DNA from: the human T2T-CHM13v2.0 reference genome, Homo sapiens
Assembly (NCBI RefSeq): GCF_009914755.1
Contig: NC_060942.1
DNA: 64,000 nucleotides
Strand: one strand, 5' to 3'
Shown here: in pieces, positions 52,027 to 64,000 of the stretch
Numbering within the stretch: position 1 is the stretch's first letter
How the letters are laid out: every line of letters starts with the position of its first letter
Notes under the pieces: model-generated
What the model was told of the DNA's origin: nothing
What the model saw: only the letters and a program-made list of their open reading frames with translations
Database searches by the model: none
Made by a program: the position numbers and the translations under genes

Positions 52027-53563
52027 TGAGTTTCTATTTACTCAAGATGTTTGCAGTGATAAAATCTTGATATAAGTTTTCTAGAATCTTGAACTTTCAA
52101 AGCTCCTTTAGAAACAGTCCTTTGTGTTGTTTTTATTAAACTCTTCAATGAACACAAAGTTTTTATGTTGTTCACACAAAATTTAAATAAGGAAGCTGAA
52201 GGTAGGTGGGAACCCCCAAATGGATGGTAATAGAAAACCTCCTATAGCATTTCCATAGACTGGTTTATTCATTATGCAGCTTGGCTCAGCAGAACCATTT
52301 TATAATGAAACTGCAAGATGACTCCCAGTGGGCAAATCAACCTCTATTCTAAAGGTTGATTCTTGTCAACTGGGAGAATTGATTCCTGATGAGAAATGCT
52401 AGACTAAAAAACCCTCCCACATTCACTTCACAAGCCAGATCCAATATCTTTAATCCTCTTATGGAAAAGAAACAAGGAGACATTTCAGGGCTTACAACAG
52501 CCTTCCAGAATAATTGCAACAGTCTCACAGCATCAGGGGCCAAAGGAATATTGACATCTTTCCAACTGGAAATCCTAAACCGGTTATCTGGAGTGAGACA
52601 ATCTATGTCTTAAACTTGGCCAGAGCACCTTGGATTTTTTTTTTTTTTTTTTGACGGAGTCTTGCTCTGTCGCCCAGGCTGGAGGGCAGTGATGTGATTT
52701 TGGCTCACTGCAACCTCCGCCTCCTGGGTTCAAGCGATTCTCCTGCCTCAGCCTCCCCGTAGCTGGGACTACAGGCATGCGCCACCATGCCTGGGTAATA
52801 TTTTTGTACTTTTAGTAGAGACAGGGTTTCACCATGTTGATCAGGCTGGTCTCCAACTCCTGACCTCAAATGATCCACCCACCTCAGCCTCTCAGCGTGC
52901 TGGGATTACAGGCGTGAGCCACCGCGCCAGGCCAGCACCTTGGATTTTAACCACCATCCTAGATCAGGAAGTTTAAATTTCTCTCCATGTTAAAATTTTC
53001 CTTTCTCATATTGTTAATACATTACTATTTGATTAATACAAATTACTATTTGTTAATACAAATACATGCTATTTGATTCAGGTTTTGAAGCAAAATTCCT
53101 GATAATTTTAAAACTATGAGAGTTATTTCTTTCTATGCATCTTATTGCTGAGGTCATCTTAGCTGATCATTAATTGGACAATATAGTGGTAAATCCATAC
53201 TGGTCTTTGACTCTGAAAACATTCTTTCAAATTCCATTGGTGCTTTCCACTGTTTTGACACGACTTTAAGATGTTATCCAGACTCTTCTGAGCGCAAAGA
53301 ATATGTGTCTGCATATAAATGGCCTAACAAAACACACCACTCTGTCTATAGCCATGAACAGGAAGTCCCCATCTCTGGGCACTGCCAGTCACCCAAGAGG
53401 ACAATGTGAAGAGCTGGGGTTGCTGCTCTAGGGAGAAGCTTGTGGGCTTGGGCGAGTTTCAGTTTGGGAGTCTTTGTGACTTAAGCAGGAAAAATATTAA
53501 CTCAGATTACTCCCTTTGGCCTAAAAATCATTTCTATTTTTTATTGTTTAATTTTTGAAATAG

Positions 53564-53776
<213 letters not shown>

Positions 53777-54248
53777 TAGCTGGGATTGCAGGCATCTGCC
53801 ACCACGTCCGGCTAATTTTTATATTTTTAGTAGAGACGGGGTTTCACCATGTTGGCCAGGCTGGTCTCGAACTCCTGACCTCGTGATCCACCCGCCTCAG
53901 CCTCCCAAAGTACTGGGATTACAGGCGTGAGCCACCGCGCCTGCCCTACTAGTCTCTTTTATATCTAGAGATTCTTGTTGAAAATATGACTATATTCCTC
54001 TAAATCTACCTCCTTTATTCCTTCCCTTAAAACGGCCTTTTTTTTTTTTTTAGGCATAAATAATATACAACAGCCTGGGCACTGTGGCTCATGCCTGTAA
54101 TCCCAGCACTTTGGAAGGCTGAGGTGGGCAGATCGCCTAAGGTCAGGAGTTCAAGACCAGCCTGGCCAACACGGTAAAACCCCATCTCTACTGAAAATAC
54201 GAAAATTAGCTGGGCATGGTGGCGCATGCCTGTAATCCTAGCTACTCA

Positions 54249-58623
<4,375 letters not shown>

Positions 58624-58796
58624 TGAGCCACCCACTGTATCTCTTGTTCGGAGGAATATCTAATCAAGAAAATCATTTTTACTGTTTTTATTTTTTGGTT
58701 TGTTCGTTTTTTTCCTGTGAGATGGAGTTTCACTCTTGTTGCCCATCCTGGTGTACAATGGCGCGATCTCGGCTCACTTCAACCTCCGCCTCCCAG

Positions 58797-60782
58797 TGCG
58801 TCCGGAATTGGTGGGTTCTTGGTCTCACTGACTTCAAGAATGAAGCTGCGCACCCTCACGGTGAGTGTTACAGTTCTTAAAGGCGGCGTGTCCGGAGTTT
58901 GTTCCTTCTGATGTTCAGATGCGTTCGGAGTTTCTTCCTTCTGGTGGGTTCATGGTCTCGCTGGCTTCAGGAGTGAAGCTGCAGACCTTCGTGGTGAGTG
59001 TTACAGCTGTTAAGGTGGCGCGTCTGGAGTTGTTCGTTCCTTCCGGTGGGTTCGTGGTCTCGCTAGCTTCAGGAGTGAAGCTTCAGACCTTCACGGTGAG
59101 TGTTACAGCCGTTAAGGTGGCGCGTGTGGAGTTGTTCGTTCCTTCCGGTGGGTTCGTGGTCTCGCTAGCTTCAGGAGTGAAGCTTCAGACCTTCACGGTG
59201 AGTGTTACAGCCGTTAAGGTGGCGCGTCTGCAGTTGTTCGTTCCTTCCGGTGGGTTCGTGGTCTCGCTAGCTTCAGGAGTGAAGCTTCAGACCTTCACGG
59301 TGAGTGTTACAGCCGTGAAGGTGGCGCGTGTGGAGTTGTTCGTTCCTTCCGGTGGGTTCGTGGTCTCGCTAGCTTCAGGAGTGAAGCTTCAGACCTTCAC
59401 GGTGAGTGTTACAGCCGTTAAGGTGGCGCGTGTGGAGTTGTTCGTTCCTTCCGGTGGGTTCGTGGTCTCGCTAGCTTCAGGAGTGAAGCTTCAGACCTTC
59501 ACGGTGAGTGTTACAGCTCATAGAGGCAGTGTGGACCCAAAGAGTGAGCAGTGACAAGATTTATTGCAAAGATGAAAGAACAAAGCTCCCACAGTGTGGA
59601 AGGGGACCCCAGTGGATTGCCTCCGCTGGCTCGGGCAGCCTGCTTTTATTCTCTTATCTGGCCCCACCCACATCCTGCTGATTGGTCCATTTTACAGAGA
59701 GCTGATTGGTCCATTTTACAGAGAGCTGATTGGTCTGTTTTGACAGGGTGCTGATTGGTGCGTTTACAATCCCTGAGCTAGACACAAAAGTTCTCCACAT
59801 CCCCACTAGATTAGCTAGATACAGAGCGTCTACACAAAGGTTCTCCAAGTCCCCACCAGAGTAGCTAGATATAGAGTGTCGATTGGTGCATTCACAAACC
59901 CTGAGCTAGACACAGGGTGCTGATTGGTGTGTTTACAAACCTTAAGCTAGATACAGGGTGCCGATTGGTGTATTTACAATCCGTTAGCTAGACATAAAGG
60001 TTCTCCAAGTCCCCACCAGAGTAGCCAGATAGAGTGTGGATTGGTGCATTCACAAACCCTGAGCTAGACACAGGGTGCTGATTGGTGTGTTTACAAACCT
60101 TGAGCTAGATACAGAGCGCTGATTGGTGTATTTACAATCCCTTAGCTAGACATAAAGGTTCTCCAAGTCCCCACTAGACTCAGGAGCCCAGCTGGCTTCA
60201 CCCAGTGGATCCTGCACCAGGGCCGCAGGTGGAGCTGCCTGCCAGTCCCGCACCCTGCACCTGCACTCCTCAGCCCTTGGGTGGTCGATGGGACTGGGCG
60301 CTGTGGAGCAGGGGGTGGTGCTGGTCAGGGAGGCTTGGGCCTCGCAGGAGCCCACCGTGTGGGGGAGGCTCAGGCATGGCAGGCTGCAGGTCCCGAGCCC
60401 TGCCCCGCGGGGAGGCAGCTAAGGCCCAGGGAGAAGTCAAGCATAGCAGCTGCTGGCCCAGGTGCTAAGCCCCTCACTGCCCGGGCTGGCGGGGCCCGCT
60501 GGCTGCTGGAGCGTGGGGCCCGCGGACACCCACGCCTACCCAGAACTCACGCTGGCCCGCAAGCACCGCGTGCAGCCCGGGTTCCCGACCACGCCTCTCC
60601 CTCCACACCTTCCCGCAAGCTGAGGGAGCCGGCTCCGGCCTTGGCCAGCCCAGAAAGGGGCTCCCACAGTGCAGCGGTGGGCTGAAGGGCTCCTCAAGCA
60701 CCGCCAGAGTAGGCGCCAAGGCCGAGGAGGCGCCGAGAGCGATCGAGGGCTGTGAGGGCTGCCAGCACGCTGTCACCTCTCA
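58797..60782 (-). mobile_element. Solo LTR12 (ERV9; LTR12C-like), 1986 bp, inserted into an Alu
   Basis: Minus strand begins TGAGAGGTGACAGCGTGCTGGCAG and ends CCACCAATTCCGGACGCA. About 10 CCAAT repeats; 4-bp TSD ccag/ccgg; the Alu continues on both sides. Confidence 0.95.
58935..59518. repeat. 102-bp tandem array (~6 units) in the LTR12 U5 region
   Basis: cttcaggagtgaagct recurs at 58965, 59067, 59169, 59271, 59373 and 59475. Confidence 0.95.
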
Positions 60783-61824
60783 CCGGGTTCAAGCGATTCT
60801 CCTGCCTCAGCCTCCCCAGTAGCTGGAATTACAGACGTGCGCCACCACACTCCGCTAATTTTTATTTTTAGTAGAGACGGATTTCTCCATGTTGGTCAGG
60901 CTGGTCTTGAACTCCCGGCCTCAGGTGATCTGCCCGCCTGGGCCTCCCAAAGTGCTGGGATTACAGGTATGAGCCACTGCACCCAGCCTTTACTGTATTT
61001 TTTAGCAGAAAGAAAATGATTGCATTACAGTGGTTATTTTTAAGGGCCCCAACCTCCACTTTGTCCTGAGATCTACGTTGTGTTGTTTTCAGTGTTTTAA
61101 CAGGCCTTTTTATTTTTATAAATGCCCCAGAAGTTGTAGCGCAGCCCTAACTTTCTAGCAGGACTTTTAGAAGCTGACAATTTTCCTAAGTTTCATTCAC
61201 ATCACATGAAGGCAGCAATTGTTAAAATATATTTAGATTCCATTAGGGTACATTTTGCTATCACATTGAAGTCTCTCAAGAATCATTTTATTCCCATCAG
61301 ATGTTGTTACTGAGCAGTTTCTAGTGCTGAACATGACTAAGAACCTTTAGGTGGTGCTCTTTGATTAAAAACATTTATCCCTCAAACAACTTAAATACAG
61401 TAGTATATTGCAGGAAAAAGTGACCTTTATTTTTTTAGGGATGATCTCCCAGGTCTGCTCAATTTTTCTGCCATTTCTATTGCAGAGGCTAATAATTTGC
61501 CCATCTCCTCCCAGCCCAAGCACCCCAAGACTGATACTTTTCTATCACCTGCTGCTAATTTTGCCTCCCAAAGAGTCTCCCATCTCGACGCAGAGAGAAC
61601 CTTCTTAGTGGGGTCACAGCTTCCCTTGCGTCCAAGAGCTGTCTGTCCCACAGCCTGGTCAGACTCCCACAGCCTCGTCAGACTCCCACGGCCTCAAACC
61701 CCAGGTTTGCCACTCACTTCCTCACTCACTCCTCTTTGCTCATTTTTCTGCCAACGATTCGTCATGTATTTCTAGGACTATCTGCTCACTTCTCACCCCT
61801 TACTTTTTTTGTTTTGTTTTTTGA

Positions 61825-62040
<216 letters not shown>

Positions 62041-62151
62041 TGACCCACCACCTTGGCCTCCCAAAGTGCTGGGATTACAGGTACAAGCCACCGTGCCCAG
62101 CCCCAGTCCTTACTTTTGGTTGAGGGTTACCTTTCCTTTCATTCTGGCTAA

Positions 62152-62451
<300 letters not shown>

Positions 62452-63044
62452 TAAAGTGCTGGGATTATAGGCATGAGCCACCATGCCTGGCTGATCTCCC
62501 TAACTCTAAATCTTTACCCCTCTGTCTCTAAAGTCTGGCCACCTTTTTAATTCTTTTAGAGACAGAGTCTTGCTCTCACCCAGGCTTCAGTACAGTGGCA
62601 TAATCGTAGCTCACTGCAGCCTCAAACTCCTGGGCTCAAGTGATCCTCCCACCTAAGCCTCCCAAGCAGCAGGGACTACAGGCACATGCCACTACACTGA
62701 GATGTTTTTTTTTGAAAAGACAGAGTTTTGCTATGTTGCCCAGGCTGGTCTCAAACTCCTGGCCTCAAGTGATTCTCCTGCCTCAGCCTTCCAAAGTACT
62801 GGGATTACAGGCGTGAGCCACAGTGCCCGGTCCTGATCACCTTTTCTCCATCACCTTTTCCCTAACACTTAGTTTCCCTTTCTCCATCACTTCTTCCCTA
62901 ACACTTAGTTTCCCTGTCCCCGACTTTCTCACTACTAAAGGACCCCTACATTCCTCTAGAAACCTTGTGGGACTAGATTCTTCTGTCACATACCCTATTC
63001 TTAAAAATAACAACAACAACAAAAGCCAATTTAAATACTTTAGA

Positions 63045-64000
63045 AGATCATACTTTTCAAAGATTTTACTAAATCATTTTTTTAAACAAAATATACATTA
63101 AATCTCAGATTTACAGAATATAGAAATAATTTATCCAAAGAAATTTGCATTTAAAATTGTTAATATTGCACCCAACAGTATGTCTTTGACACATTTGCAT
63201 TGTCAATCTTTCCCACAATTTGCAAAAACAGGAGAGAAATCTGAAACTAACAGAATTACACAAGCTAAGTTTTCTGTAAAAAAAGAAAAAACTTACAATT
63301 TTTTATTTACAAGTTAAGGAAAAGTTGTAAACGTTCAGGATTTTACTTCCACAGAATAAAAAGCCATACATTCTTTTATCATACCTAGAAAATGAACATA
63401 TACACATTGTGATTACCTCATAGGAATTCAACAGGACTGATATTGTGAACATTCACAGCCCAATGGTAAAAAACAGAATTCTCGAACTATGGAAACTAGT
63501 GTGTGAAAGACACAGAATGAGAAAAATGTCTGGAAAAAAATTACTTTCTCCTCTTTGAGGAGTTTCCATAATTACCTAAAGTTATCTTCAAATTTAAAAG
63601 GACACACCATTCCCCAGTCTTAGGAATGTGGCTGCCAATAACCTTTTCTCTCGACATAAGACAAGTGAAAAAGAGTGAGGTCTTTGTTCAAGTCCCTGAT
63701 AAAATACTTTGCATATAGGCAGGCACAAAAGTTTGCTTTCCAAAAGAAAGCTTTGCAAAATATTCTGCAATTTATTACTGATATCCTCAGTTTTTAAAAA
63801 CCCCCTTTTTAAGCCCATAAATATTTATATGCTTTAAAAAATGAGAGTAGGGAATCAAATCATTTGGTACTATGGGAAGCTGCTAAAATAATATTTGATA
63901 GTAAAAGTATGTAATGTGCTATCTCACCTAGTAGTAAACTAAAAATAAACTGAAACTTTATGGAATCTGAAGTTATTTTCCTTGATTAAATAGAATTAAT
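63045..64000 (-). other. ATP8B1: Probable distal 3' UTR of ATP8B1; candidate poly(A) signals AGTAAA (63065-63070) and AATAAA (63302-63307)
   Basis: Abrupt change to repeat-free AT-rich sequence with minus-strand poly(A) hexamers. Gene identity rests only on the known FECH-NARS1-ATP8B1 order. Confidence 0.55.

Noticed and set aside
58935-59518. Regular repeat array superficially like a CRISPR locus
   Set aside because: Units are contiguous with no unique spacers, lie inside an ERV9 LTR, and the DNA is human.

Overview
Human (primate) genomic DNA, recognised from its coding sequence as the FECH-NARS1-ATP8B1 region of 18q21. On the minus strand it holds FECH exon 1 with its CpG-island promoter (~2.6-3.4 kb) and the complete 14-exon NARS1 gene. 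The NARS1 CDS spans 18005-38071, and my exon calls sum to 1647 nt, i.e. 548 aa plus stop. The last ~1 kb is probably the 3' UTR end of ATP8B1, inferred from gene order because no coding sequence is visible. A third CpG-island promoter at ~46.4-46.95 kb likely drives a plus-strand lncRNA. The rest is dense in repeats: about 60 Alus, a full-length SVA, a solo LTR12 with an expanded 102-bp array, MER4, MLT2A, MST/MLT1 LTRs and old LINE, MIR and DNA-transposon remnants. The most unusual structure is a ~190-bp, ~95% identical inverted copy of NARS1 intron-1 CpG-island sequence about 1 kb upstream of the NARS1 start. It is flanked by a 39-bp direct duplication and has an 8-bp fold-back hairpin at each junction. 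It looks like a fossil templated-insertion repair event that leaves the NARS1 promoter between inverted repeats. Almost all ORFs in the supplied track are Alu, SVA or CpG-island artefacts. Repeat subfamily labels and repeat boundaries were assigned by eye.
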